DNA from: an uncultured Actinomycetes bacterium
Lineage (GTDB): Bacteria; Actinomycetota; Actinomycetes; Mycobacteriales; SCTD01
Length of the DNA: 64,000 bases
Assembly: GCA_963784675.1 (NCBI GenBank)
Contig: CAWASE010000014.1
Location: 41,396-105,395, forward strand
Direction of reading: 5' to 3'
Both the position numbers and the translations under genes were made by a program. The notes under the pieces were generated by a model. The model saw only the letters and a program-made list of their open reading frames with translations. It was not told the DNA's origin and ran no database searches. Shown here piece by piece: positions 28,583 through 37,966 of the stretch (position 1 is the first letter of the stretch; each line of letters begins with the position of its first letter).

Positions 28583-29482
28583 TCAGCCGCTCTGCCCGGC
28601 GAGCCGGAGGCGGTCCGGAGCAACCACCGGCACCGCGGCGGGCACAGCCTGTTCGCTCGGCAGAGTGCCTAGCGTCATGGCGATCTCGTGCAGGACGCGG
28701 CGGTCGATGGGCAAGGACATGTGTCCCACGCCGCGGACCAGGACGTTGCGGACGGTGAGGTCCCGGTGCTCCAGCCGCGCCGCCCGCTTCGGGACCATCA
28801 TGTGGTCGATGTCACTCCAGATGGCCACGAACCGGGTCCGGCACCCCTGCGCAGGCAGGTCGAGACCGGTCAGCAGCGGCGAACCGGGCCGTAGCTGCCG
28901 GGTGAGCGGGACGGGCAGCAGGTGCGCGGCCCGGGTCCCCGCGTGCGGGCTGCCGAGCGTGACCAACGTGTGCACCCGGGCGTCGCCTCCCAGCTGCTGG
29001 ACGTAGTAGCGCGCCACCACCCCGCCCATGGAGTGGCCGACGACGTGCACCCGGTCGTAGCCGGTGCTCTCGCAGGTGCGCTCGACCAGCAGGGCCAGCC
29101 GCGCGGCGGCTGTCGCGACGTCCTGGGTGAAGGGGCTGTAGTTCAGCGTCACGACGCGGGTGAAGCCGCGCTGGCGCAGCGTGCGGCGGAGCACGGTGAA
29201 GATCGACCGGTTGTCGACCATGCCGTGCACGAGCACGATCGGTGTCCCGGCGGCCTCGACGTCGCCGACGAGCAGAGCGCGCTGGCGCGGCGCGAGGTCG
29301 TCGACCGTGCAGCGGTCGTTGTCGCGATCGGTGAGCAGGCCGAAGGGGTACAGCGCGAGATGTGCCGCGCTCCAGGCGAGCTCGGTGGTGGCTCCCAGCA
29401 GGCCGCTGCGGGTGAGCAGAGATCGACGGGTGCGACGAGCGACGCGGACCGTGCTGGTCAGGGTCCGGCGCGGGTCGAGCAC
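28583..29482 (-). CDS. Alpha/beta hydrolase (lipase/esterase-like)
   Basis: This is the C-terminal 299 aa of the 599-aa ORF. GTG 29482 is preceded by GGAGG. It has PIVLVHGMVDN and the nucleophile elbow GHSMGG. Confidence 0.8.
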   Translation of the reverse strand: MLDPRRTLTSTVRVARRTRRSLLTRSGLLGATTELAWSAAHLALYPFGLLTDRDNDRCTVDDLAPRQRALLVGDVEAAGTPIVLVHGMVDNRSIFTVLRRTLRQRGFTRVVTLNYSPFTQDVATAAARLALLVERTCESTGYDRVHVVGHSMGGVVARYYVQQLGGDARVHTLVTLGSPHAGTRAAHLLPVPLTRQLRPGSPLLTGLDLPAQGCRTRFVAIWSDIDHMMVPKRAARLEHRDLTVRNVLVRGVGHMSLPIDRRVLHEIAMTLGTLPSEQAVPAAVPVVAPDRLRLAGQSG

Positions 29483-29577
29483 GAGACCTCCTCGAGCGAT
29501 CGTTGCGCGGACGGCCGCGACGGCGGACGGCCCGTGGACCTTCTTCTCGGCACAGGCGCCGCCTAACGTGAGCCGTG

Positions 29578-30970
29578 TCACGCGAGGAGGTGGCCTGGCA
29601 GCGGCTGCGACCAACGCTCGCGCCGCATCGCGAGCCGACGGTCCGGTGCGACCTGCCGCAACCGGTCGAGCTCGCTGGACAGCACGGTGGTGGCTGCGGA
29701 CGGGTCCACCACCCGGTCTGCTGCCCCGAGCGCCAGCAGGTCGCGGGGGGTCAGGCGCATCAGCTGCGCGCACTCCTGCGGCGGGCGGCGCAGCGCAGCG
29801 CTGGCCCCCTCGGGGCCGATCGCCGCGAAGTAGGCCTCGGTGGTCAGCAGCACGACGTCGGTGGTGGCCGCCGCAAGGGCCCCTCCCGAGCCCCCCTCGC
29901 CGTGGACGAGGGCGACCGTCGGCGTGGGGCAGCCGTACAGCGCGTCCAGGGCCTCGCCCATGGCCGGGGCGATCCCGTCCTGCTCGGAGGCCGTCCCGGG
30001 TTCGGCGCCCGGGGTGTCGACCAGCGACACCAGGGGCAGTCCGAGGCGCCCGGCGAGCCGGTAGGCCCGGGTCGCGAGCCGGTAGCCGTCCGGGGTCGGA
30101 CGGCCCCCCACCTGAGCGGCCAAGGCGACCCCGACGACCGGTCGGCCGGCGAGCCGCCCCACGACCGCTGCCACCGTCGGATCTCCGTGGCGCGCGCGCA
30201 GCGGCACCACGTCGGTCAGCATCCGGGCCAGCAGCAGGGCGCCTCCGACGGTGCGGGCGCGGGCCCGGTTCACCTGCTGCCAACCGTCGTCGGCCCCGGC
30301 GGTCGAGCTCTCCTGGAACGGAGGCGGCGGTGCGGTCGTGGTGGTGGCCGGTGCCAGGGCGGCCAGCGCGCGCGCGAGCCACGCCGGCACCTGCTCACCC
30401 GGGAGGACGGCGTCGACCAGCCCGGCCGCGAAGGCCGACTCGGCGGTGTGGCTGCCGGGTGCCGGCCGGACCCCGGTCACGGCCTCCACCACCCGCGGCC
30501 CGGCGAAGCCCACCGTCGCCCCGGCGACGGCGACGCGCAGGTCGGCGGCGGACGCCACGCTGATCCAGACGCCGCCGGTCGACGGCGCGTCGGCGACCGA
30601 CAGGTGCGGCAGCCCGGCGGCGGCGAGATCGAGCAGCGCGATGCGCGCCCGCGGGATGCCGACGAGCGCTGCCATGCCTTCCTGCAGGCGGGTCCCGCCC
30701 GAGCGCACCAGCGTCAGCAGCGGCACCCGCCGGCGGACCGCCTCCTGCGCCGCGTGGACCAGGGCGGTCGCGTCGTCCTCGCCGAAGCTTTCCGCCGAAC
30801 GCGGTGAAGTCCCAGCAGGCCGCGACCGGACCGTCGGCGAGCACCCAGGCGGACACCGCCTGGCGCGGCTCGTAGCCGGGCCAGCCGGTCGGGTTCCGGC
30901 TCGCGCGCGGGACGTCGATCCGGCGGGCGCCGGCCAGCAGCGGCGCGCGCCAGTCAGGAGGGGAGGTCAC
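29578..30970 (-). pseudogene. Carboxyltransferase, AccD-AccA fusion type, frameshifted (1 extra nt in the a/t run at 30789-30791)
   Basis: The N-terminus ([12 protein letters not shown] ... [10 protein letters not shown]) is in the frame of ORF 30395..30988. The continuation (SFGEDDATALVHAAQEAVRRRVPLLTLVRSGGTRLQEG ... GFAGPRVV ... VDTPGAEPG ... HGEGGSGGALA ... IGPEGASA) is in the frame of ORF 29578..30726. The alternative start is GTG 30988. Confidence 0.8.
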
Positions 30971-31020
30971 GGGCGCGTACTCTCCCACCGCAGACCCGAG
31001 TCGCTGCGCAGGAGGCCCGT

Positions 31021-31434
31021 ATGACCACCGCCGGACGCATCCGCGTCGTCGTCGCCAAGCCAGGCCTGGACGGCCACGACCGCGGCGCCAAGGTCGTCGC
31101 CCGTGCGCTGCGCGACGCCGGGATGGAGGTCGTCTACACGGGGCTGCACCAGACGCCTGAGCAGATCGTCGAGACGACGATCCAGGAGGACGCCGACTGT
31201 GTGGGCCTGTCCGTGCTGTCCGGCGCGCACATGACCCTGTTCGCGCGGGTCATGGACCTGCTCCGCGAGCGCGGCGCCGACGACGTCGTCGTGTTCGGCG
31301 GCGGCATCATCCCCGAGGACGACATCCCGCAGCTGCTCGCGCTGGGGGTCTCGACCATCTTCACCCCCGGCGCGACGACGATGTCGATCGTCGAGTGGGT
31401 GCGTGCGAACGTCGGGGCCCCGGCCTCGGCCTGA
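31021..31434 (+). CDS. Cobalamin (B12)-binding domain protein, acyl-CoA mutase small-subunit type (IcmB-like)
   Basis: 137 aa. It reads [23 protein letters not shown] (DxHxxG) and [15 protein letters not shown] lies 6 nt upstream of the ATG. Confidence 0.88.
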   Translation: MTTAGRIRVVVAKPGLDGHDRGAKVVARALRDAGMEVVYTGLHQTPEQIVETTIQEDADCVGLSVLSGAHMTLFARVMDLLRERGADDVVVFGGGIIPEDDIPQLLALGVSTIFTPGATTMSIVEWVRANVGAPASA

Positions 31435-31443
31435 GGCAGGCAC

Positions 31444-32043
31444 TCAGGCGCGGAACTGGCCGCGGTGCAGGACGGCGTCCGCGTCGCGCCTGCGCTGGGC
31501 GACGGCGGCGGGATCGGCAGGAGCGTCCTCGCGGGAGCGGTGGCCGATCGTGATGCCGCCGATCGGGTGGTACTCGGACGGCACCCCGAACTCCGCGCGG
31601 AAGCCCTCCTGCTGCTCGGGCTGGATGCCGAACAGGCACGCGCCGAGACCTTCGTCGACGGCGGTGAGCAGCATCATCAGGGCCGCCATGCCGGTGTCGA
31701 TGAACCAGTACGGCGCGGCCCACTGCTTCTCACCGAGGCCGGTGACGGCCTTGTCGGGTTGCGCGTACCGGGCACGGTAGGCCGCCTCGTGGGCCAGCGG
31801 AACGACGACCAGCGGCGCGAGCTGCATCGTCGGCGTCTGCGTCGCCCGGGTGGGCACGAAGGGCCAGAAGCGGGCGCGGTCAGCGGGCTCGGTGAGCACC
31901 AGGAAGGCCCAGCCCTGGCTGAAGCCGGCCGAAGGAGCACGAAGAGCGTGCGCCAGCACGCGCTCGACCACCTCGTCCGACAACGGCTCGTCGGTGTAGT
32001 GCCGGACCATGCGGCGGCGGCGGACGACCTCGCGGAGCTCCAT
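31444..32043 (-). CDS. Nitroreductase-family protein
   Basis: The start is ATG 32043 (MELREVVRRRRMVRHYTDEPL). It also has RAPSAGFSQGW and GIQPEQQ. The ORF-track entry is extended upstream. Confidence 0.85.
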   Translation of the reverse strand: MELREVVRRRRMVRHYTDEPLSDEVVERVLAHALRAPSAGFSQGWAFLVLTEPADRARFWPFVPTRATQTPTMQLAPLVVVPLAHEAAYRARYAQPDKAVTGLGEKQWAAPYWFIDTGMAALMMLLTAVDEGLGACLFGIQPEQQEGFRAEFGVPSEYHPIGGITIGHRSREDAPADPAAVAQRRRDADAVLHRGQFRA

Positions 32044-32053
32044 GCCGACGACG

Positions 32054-34126
32054 CTACGGCGCGGGACGCAGCCCGCCGGCAGAGGCCGCCCGCCGCGGAG
32101 CGCGACGCCGTCGCAGCCCGACCGCGACGAGGGCCAGCAGACCGCCCGCCGGAAGCCAGGCGACGGGACCGGTGGCGGCGAGTCTCCCTCCGGCCGGCGT
32201 GGCAGGCGGCGCGGTGACCGGACCGCCCGCCCCGACGGGCGGGGTCGCCACAGCGGCCGGCGACCCCGGCAGTGCGAAGGTGGATCCAGCACCGGTGGTC
32301 ACCGTGATCGCGTCGGCGACCTTGTTGTTGTAGGAGGTCGCGTCGGTGGCCGCCAGGGTCAGCCGCGCGCTGTGGCCGGTGTCGAAGCGGTGCGCGAAGC
32401 CGAGCAGCTTCATCCGCACCGGTCGGTCGACGGCGGCGGCCGGCACGCGCACCGGCGAGATGAGCCGGTGGATCAGCGTCGCGGTCCCGTCGGGCGCCAC
32501 GTCATAGACCTTGCCGAACAGCACCAGGTCCGTGGGGGCGAGGTGCGAGAGCCGCAGCGTCGCCTCCGGGACGCCGACGCTGTCGAACGGTGCGTCGAAC
32601 GGCGTGGTGGTGAAGGAGACGTTCTGCCCGGGCTGCTCCACCGGCGGCAGCGGCACCCGCGGGCTGGAGCCCGGACCCGTCTGGTTGGAGGTCTCGGTGT
32701 AGGCCGGCGGCACCCCACCGGGCGGGTTCACGAACGTCGCCGAGCCGGCCGCTGCCCCCGTGGTGACGAGGGCGTCGGACCCGGACAGCGTGAACGTCGT
32801 GCTGGTCATCGCCGGGAACGTCGCCGCGCCGCCGAACTGCTCGTCGTTCGCTCCGGCGCCGCCGTAGGCCACCCAGTCGCGGTAGTAGGTGAAGTCTGGG
32901 TGCGGGTCGGGGGCGCCCTTCAGGACGTGGTCGAGAAAGGCGAGCGTGCGCAGCGTCAGGTAGCAGTCGTCCAGGCCGGAGAAGTCGCCCTCGACGCCCG
33001 GTCCGCCGCCGTAGACCTCGCACTCGCCGGGCGCGGAGGTGTAGCCGCCGTGCCCGCCGGAGTTCCAGATCATCTTGACCGGCACGCCGTTCTTCTCCAG
33101 CGCGAGGTAGGTGGCGATGGCGTCGTTGACGTTGAACAGCGTGTCGCTCTGCCCCTGGACGAGCAGCGTGGGGACGCGCAGCTTCGCGATCTCGGTCGTG
33201 GCCGCGGCGTCGGCGAGCAGCGCCCGGTCTGCGGCGGTGGAGTCGCCGGTGCCGGTGAGTCCGAGGAACGTCTGGCAGACCTCTAACCGGAAGCCGGGGC
33301 ACGCCGCGCCGGCCACCTGCAGCGGGTCGCCCGACGCGAGCTTCTCCTGCGGACAGCCGCCGGCGCCGGTGGCCGGGTTGCTGTTGCCGCTGGCGAAGAA
33401 CAGCGACGTCCATTCCTGCTTGAACACCCCCTGGTCGTTGAGCAGGTGCGTGAAGCCGTTCGGGTCGTCCGGGTGCACGTAGTTGTTGGGGTCCAGGCTG
33501 TACTGCAGCGTGTTCCAGGTACGTCCGGGGGCGATCGCGCGGATCCGCCCATCGGTCTCGGCGAGGTTGGCCTGGATCCCGCCGCCGTAGGAGCCGCCGA
33601 CCGTCGCCACGACCGCGCCCTCGGCGTCCTTCTTCACCTGCGGCAGCGGCTCCAGCACCTTGGTGATGAGCTGCTGGGCGTCCTTCACGTCGTAGGTGCG
33701 GCTCTGCAGCGTGACGCAGCCGGACGAGGCGCCGAAGCCCTGCGCGGTGTAGGTCAGCACGACGTAGCCGTGCCGGGCCAGGAAGGTCGCGTTCGCGACG
33801 ACCTCGGGCGAGAGCTTGTTCAGCCCGAAACCGTGCGTGATGAGGATCGCCGGCTGCGGCGACGCCGCGGACGCTCCGGACGGCAGGTACAGCCGGGTGT
33901 CGATGCTCGCGGCGTGGTCCCCGGCGGGGCCGTCGAGCACGTCGACGAGCGCGTCCTTGGTGGTGAAGGTCTGCGTGCCGGGGCTGGCCGTGACGGTGTC
34001 TGCGAGCACGGGATCGACAGCAGCGGCGGCGGGGACGACGGCGGCCACCGGCCCGGCGGCTGCGATCGAGCCCCCGCCCGTCAACAGCAGCAGGAGCGGG
34101 AGTGACGCGAGCGCAGTGCGAGGCAT
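32054..34126 (-). CDS. Secreted CocE/NonD (S15 X-Pro dipeptidyl-peptidase-like) hydrolase with a C-terminal LAXTG sorting signal
   Basis: The start is ATG 34126 (MPRTALASLPLLLLL signal). It has ITHGFG and the nucleophile motif GGSYGGG. The C-terminus is LAATG followed by a TM segment and RRRR. Confidence 0.8.
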   Translation of the reverse strand: MPRTALASLPLLLLLTGGGSIAAAGPVAAVVPAAAAVDPVLADTVTASPGTQTFTTKDALVDVLDGPAGDHAASIDTRLYLPSGASAASPQPAILITHGFGLNKLSPEVVANATFLARHGYVVLTYTAQGFGASSGCVTLQSRTYDVKDAQQLITKVLEPLPQVKKDAEGAVVATVGGSYGGGIQANLAETDGRIRAIAPGRTWNTLQYSLDPNNYVHPDDPNGFTHLLNDQGVFKQEWTSLFFASGNSNPATGAGGCPQEKLASGDPLQVAGAACPGFRLEVCQTFLGLTGTGDSTAADRALLADAAATTEIAKLRVPTLLVQGQSDTLFNVNDAIATYLALEKNGVPVKMIWNSGGHGGYTSAPGECEVYGGGPGVEGDFSGLDDCYLTLRTLAFLDHVLKGAPDPHPDFTYYRDWVAYGGAGANDEQFGGAATFPAMTSTTFTLSGSDALVTTGAAAGSATFVNPPGGVPPAYTETSNQTGPGSSPRVPLPPVEQPGQNVSFTTTPFDAPFDSVGVPEATLRLSHLAPTDLVLFGKVYDVAPDGTATLIHRLISPVRVPAAAVDRPVRMKLLGFAHRFDTGHSARLTLAATDATSYNNKVADAITVTTGAGSTFALPGSPAAVATPPVGAGGPVTAPPATPAGGRLAATGPVAWLPAGGLLALVAVGLRRRRAPRRAASAGGLRPAP

Positions 34127-34210
34127 GCGCGAAGTGTGCCCTGAGCAAGACGAGGTGGGAGACGCTTCCGGGCTGATCGCCACGGTGGCGCTGCGCTCAG
34201 CCCGCTCGGC

Positions 34211-35608
34211 TCACGACGGAGCGGTCAGCACGTCCAGGTCGCGCTCGGCGAACTGCCGGTGCAGCCACTCCTCGTTGAGCACCACCCGCAGGCACTGCCC
34301 GACCGTCTCGACGGTTCCTGGCGACGGGTGGCCCGGCTGGTCGGGAGCCGTGACCTCGCGCACCAGGTCGTCGTCGGAGAGCCCGGTGAGAACGGCCACG
34401 ACCTGGTCCATCCGGTCGCGCCGTGCGGCGAGCACCGGCTCCAGGTCGAGCCGGGCGTCGCGGTCCGACGGCACCCCGTCGACCTCGGGGGCGGAGTCCC
34501 ACGGCAACGCCAGGGGGTGCCACGGAGCGGGGTCCTGCCCGATCATCCGACCGACCCAGCAGTCGGTGGCGAAAACCAGGTGCCGGAGCGTCTGGACGAA
34601 GGACCACTCGTCGTCGACCTGCGCATGCAGCAGCGCGGGGTCCAGGCTGCGGGCCCGCTCGACGGTGGTCGCCCACCGCTGCTCGACCACCTCCCACGCC
34701 TGCCGCAGCTCGTCCACGGTCGTCGCACGCATCAGCGCCCGGTCCGGCTCCCGCTCGTCCAGCAGCCGCTCGACGTAGCCCGTCACGTCGACACCGTTGA
34801 CGACCAGGCCGGTGATCTCGCCGTCCAGGCGAGCGTCCAGCAGCTCGACGCCGCGCAGCCGCAGCCCCCGTGCGTACGCCTCGCGCACGTCGACGTCGGA
34901 CAGGTGGACGTCGCGCAGCCGTACGCCCGCCAGGTCGGACTGCGCGACGCTCGCGCCGGACAGGTCGACGTGCCGCAGCCGCCGGCCGCGGAGGTCGCGG
35001 TCGGCGATCTCCGGTGCCGACGCGGGTCCTGGAGCAGGCGACGCGACCGCGCCGACCGGCCGCCAGCCGGGCGGCGGGTCTTCGCCGACCCTGCCGTCGA
35101 CGGCCTCCCGTAGCAGGTCGGCGTGCCCGGTGTGCCGCCCGTACTCCTCGAGCAGGTCGCAGAGCAGGCGGCGCAGGCTGACCCGGCCGCCGTCGTCGGT
35201 CGTCAGCGCCGCGGCCGTGCCGGGTCCGCCGTCGGCCAGGGCGCGCCGAAACCGCTCCCGTGCGCGCTCGACCGCGTCGTCGTAGGTGCGATAGAGCAGC
35301 GCCGGCTCGTCGGTGGCGGCCGAGGAGAGCTCCCAGTCGTTGCTGCCGTCCCATCCCCACGACGTCCACGGCTCGCCCAGCGGCTCACCGAGCAGCTTGC
35401 TGCCGGACGTCTGGTCCTCGCACGCGGCCAGGTGCTTCAGGAGCCCGCCGAGGGTGAGCGTCGACGCGCCGATCCGCGCGCCCAGCCCGGCGCGGTCCAG
35501 GCCGTCGGCCTTGTACCGGAAGGTCCAGCGGAGCCGGTCGAGCGCGCCGACCAGGTGCTCGGCCTCGGAGCCGTCCAGCGGTGGTTCCCACGGGGTGTCG
35601 TCCGTCAT
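34211..35608 (-). CDS. DinB/DUF664-like domain, pentapeptide-repeat segment and DinB_2-like domain in one protein
   Basis: The start is ATG 35608, inside the 877-aa shadow ORF. The N-terminus reads [15 protein letters not shown] ... [13 protein letters not shown]. The middle reads [53 protein letters not shown] (A(D/N)LxX repeats). The C-terminus reads [17 protein letters not shown] ... [14 protein letters not shown]. Confidence 0.7.
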   Translation of the reverse strand: MTDDTPWEPPLDGSEAEHLVGALDRLRWTFRYKADGLDRAGLGARIGASTLTLGGLLKHLAACEDQTSGSKLLGEPLGEPWTSWGWDGSNDWELSSAATDEPALLYRTYDDAVERARERFRRALADGGPGTAAALTTDDGGRVSLRRLLCDLLEEYGRHTGHADLLREAVDGRVGEDPPPGWRPVGAVASPAPGPASAPEIADRDLRGRRLRHVDLSGASVAQSDLAGVRLRDVHLSDVDVREAYARGLRLRGVELLDARLDGEITGLVVNGVDVTGYVERLLDEREPDRALMRATTVDELRQAWEVVEQRWATTVERARSLDPALLHAQVDDEWSFVQTLRHLVFATDCWVGRMIGQDPAPWHPLALPWDSAPEVDGVPSDRDARLDLEPVLAARRDRMDQVVAVLTGLSDDDLVREVTAPDQPGHPSPGTVETVGQCLRVVLNEEWLHRQFAERDLDVLTAPS

Positions 35609-35746
35609 CAGCCCACGGTGACACGCTCGGAGCCGGGACGACAGCGGCGCGGCAGGGTCGGGCGGCCCCACGGGTACAGCCCCCGCTACCCTCGCCGGGA
35701 CCCCTCCGGCACCTGTTCGGACCGAATCGAAGATGGGCAAACCCTC

Positions 35747-36919
35747 GTGGACCTCATGGAGTACCAGGCGAAGGAGCTCTTCGCCAAGCACGGGGTGCCC
35801 GTGCTCCCCGGCGAGACCGTGGACACCGCCGAGGCGGCCCGCGGCGTGGCCGAGCGCATCGGCAAGCCCGTCGTCGTCAAGGCCCAGGTGAAGACCGGCG
35901 GCCGCGGCAAGGCCGGGGGCGTCAAGCTGGCCGAGACGCCGGACGAGGCCGTCGAGAAGGCCGAGGGGATCCTCGGGCTGGACATCAAGGGCCACATCGT
36001 CCACAAGATCCTCGTCACCGAGGCCAGCGACATCGACACCGAGTACTACGTCTCGTTCCTGCTGGACCGCGCCAACCGCACCTACCTGGCGATGGCCAGC
36101 GTCGAGGGCGGGGTCGAGATCGAGCAGCTCGCCGTCGAGCGCCCGGAGGCGCTCGCCCGCGTCGCCGTCGACGCCGTGGTCGGCTGCGACGCCGCGAAGG
36201 CTGCCGAGATCGTCGACGCCGCAGGCTTCCCGGCCGACATCAAGGACGAGGTCGCCCGCATCCTGCAGTCGTTGTGGACCGTGTTCGTCGAGGAGGAGGC
36301 CACGCTCGTCGAGGTCAACCCGCTGGTGAAGACCCCGGACGGCCGCATCGTCGCGCTGGACGGCAAGGTCACGCTGGACGCCAACGCCGAGTTCCGGCAC
36401 AAGGACGTCTTCGACGCCTACGCCGACACGGTGGCCGACGACGACCTGGAGGGTCGAGCCAAGAAGAAGGGCCTGAACTACGTCAAGCTCGACGGCCAGG
36501 TCGGCATCATCGGCAACGGCGCGGGCCTGGTCATGAGCACCCTGGACGTCGTCGCCTATGCCGGCGAGGCGCACGGCGGCATGAAGCCCGCCAACTTCCT
36601 GGACATCGGCGGCGGCGCCTCGGCGCAGGTCATGGCCGACGGCCTGGAGATCATCCTGTCCGACCCGGACGTCCGGTCGGTGTTCGTCAACGTCTTCGGC
36701 GGGATCACCTCCTGCGACGCCGTCGCCGACGGCATCGTCCAGGCGCTGGGCATGCTCGGCGACGCCGCCACCAAGCCGTTGGTCGTGCGCCTGGACGGCA
36801 ACAACGTCGACGAGGGTCATCGGATCCTGGTCGAGGCCAACCACCCCCTCATCACCGTGGTCGGCACCATGGACGGCGCGGCCGACAAGGCCGCCGAGCT
36901 CGCTGGGAGCGCTGCGTAA
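35747..36919 (+). CDS. sucC: Succinate--CoA ligase (ADP-forming) beta subunit
   Basis: It starts [19 protein letters not shown] and has [18 protein letters not shown] and [14 protein letters not shown] 35747 lies inside the longer ORF. Confidence 0.95.
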   Translation: MDLMEYQAKELFAKHGVPVLPGETVDTAEAARGVAERIGKPVVVKAQVKTGGRGKAGGVKLAETPDEAVEKAEGILGLDIKGHIVHKILVTEASDIDTEYYVSFLLDRANRTYLAMASVEGGVEIEQLAVERPEALARVAVDAVVGCDAAKAAEIVDAAGFPADIKDEVARILQSLWTVFVEEEATLVEVNPLVKTPDGRIVALDGKVTLDANAEFRHKDVFDAYADTVADDDLEGRAKKKGLNYVKLDGQVGIIGNGAGLVMSTLDVVAYAGEAHGGMKPANFLDIGGGASAQVMADGLEIILSDPDVRSVFVNVFGGITSCDAVADGIVQALGMLGDAATKPLVVRLDGNNVDEGHRILVEANHPLITVVGTMDGAADKAAELAGSAA

Positions 36920-37803
36920 TGGCCATCTTCCTCACCGCTGACTCCAAGGTCATCGTCCAGGGCATGACCGGCTCGGAGGGCATGAAGCACACCAGGCGCA
37001 TGCTCGCCTCCGGCACGCAGATCGTCGGTGGCGTCAACCCGAAGAAGGCCGGCACCTCCGTCGACGTCGACGGCACCTCGGTGCCCGTGTTCGGCAGCGT
37101 CGCGGAGGCGATGACGCAGACCGGGGCCGACGTCTCGGTGCTGTTCGTCCCGCCGGCGTTCGCCAAGGCCGCCGTCGTCGAGGCCATCGACGCGCAGATC
37201 CCGCTGGCCGTCGTCATCACCGAGGGCATCCCGGTGCAGGACAGCGCCTGGTTCTGGGCCTATGCCCAGGGCAAGAGCACCCGCATCATCGGCCCGAACT
37301 GCCCCGGCCTGATCAGCCCCGGCAAGAGCAACGCCGGCATCATCCCGGCGTCGATCGCGCCGACCCCCGGGCGCATCGGCCTGGTCTCCAAGTCCGGCAC
37401 GCTGACCTACCAGATGATGTTCGAGCTGCGCGAGTTCGGTTTCTCGACCGCTATCGGGATCGGCGGCGACCCGGTCATCGGCACCACGCACATCGATGCG
37501 CTCGCGGCGTTCGAGGCCGACCCCGACACCGACGCCATCGTCATGATCGGTGAGATCGGCGGCGACGCCGAGGAGCGTGCGGCCGACTTCATCAAGGCCA
37601 ACGTGACCAAGCCGGTCGTCGGCTACGTCGCCGGCTTCACGGCGCCGGAGGGCAAGACCATGGGCCACGCCGGCGCGATCGTGTCCGGCTCGTCCGGCAC
37701 CGCGCAGGCCAAGCAGGACGCCCTCGAGGCCGCCGGGGTCAAGGTCGGCAAGACGCCGTCCGCCACCGCCGACCTCATGCGCGAGATCATGAAGAACCTG
37801 TAG
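36919..37803 (+). CDS. sucD: Succinate--CoA ligase alpha subunit
   Basis: It starts [21 protein letters not shown] and has SKSGTLTY and GHAGAIVSG (catalytic His). A TAATG overlap links it to sucC. Confidence 0.95.
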   Translation: MAIFLTADSKVIVQGMTGSEGMKHTRRMLASGTQIVGGVNPKKAGTSVDVDGTSVPVFGSVAEAMTQTGADVSVLFVPPAFAKAAVVEAIDAQIPLAVVITEGIPVQDSAWFWAYAQGKSTRIIGPNCPGLISPGKSNAGIIPASIAPTPGRIGLVSKSGTLTYQMMFELREFGFSTAIGIGGDPVIGTTHIDALAAFEADPDTDAIVMIGEIGGDAEERAADFIKANVTKPVVGYVAGFTAPEGKTMGHAGAIVSGSSGTAQAKQDALEAAGVKVGKTPSATADLMREIMKNL

Positions 37804-37815
37804 CACCGCACCTGC

Positions 37816-37848
37816 GACGGCCCGGTCCCCGCACGGGGCCGGGCCGTC
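37816..37848 (+). terminator. Strong GC hairpin downstream of sucD (intrinsic-terminator-like, no clear U-tract)
   Basis: GACGGCCCGG(t)CCCC-gcac-GGGGCCGGGCCGTC forms 14 bp with one bulge and begins 13 nt after the sucD stop. Confidence 0.6.
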
Positions 37849-37966
37849 GTGCGTACGGGTGCGGACCCGGTCGGCGGGAGCCGCAGCCGAGCGGGGCGGC
37901 TGTTCTGCCGCTGCCTCGGCGTGCCGCCACGGAGGTCGCCTCCCGGGCTGGGACAGTCCAGGGGTC

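Noticed and set aside
30785-30790. An AAGCTT (HindIII) site exactly at the carboxyltransferase frameshift, which could be a cloning or engineering scar.
   Set aside because: It is a single 6-mer created by the a/t run itself, with no vector-like flanking sequence. Chance is the simpler explanation.
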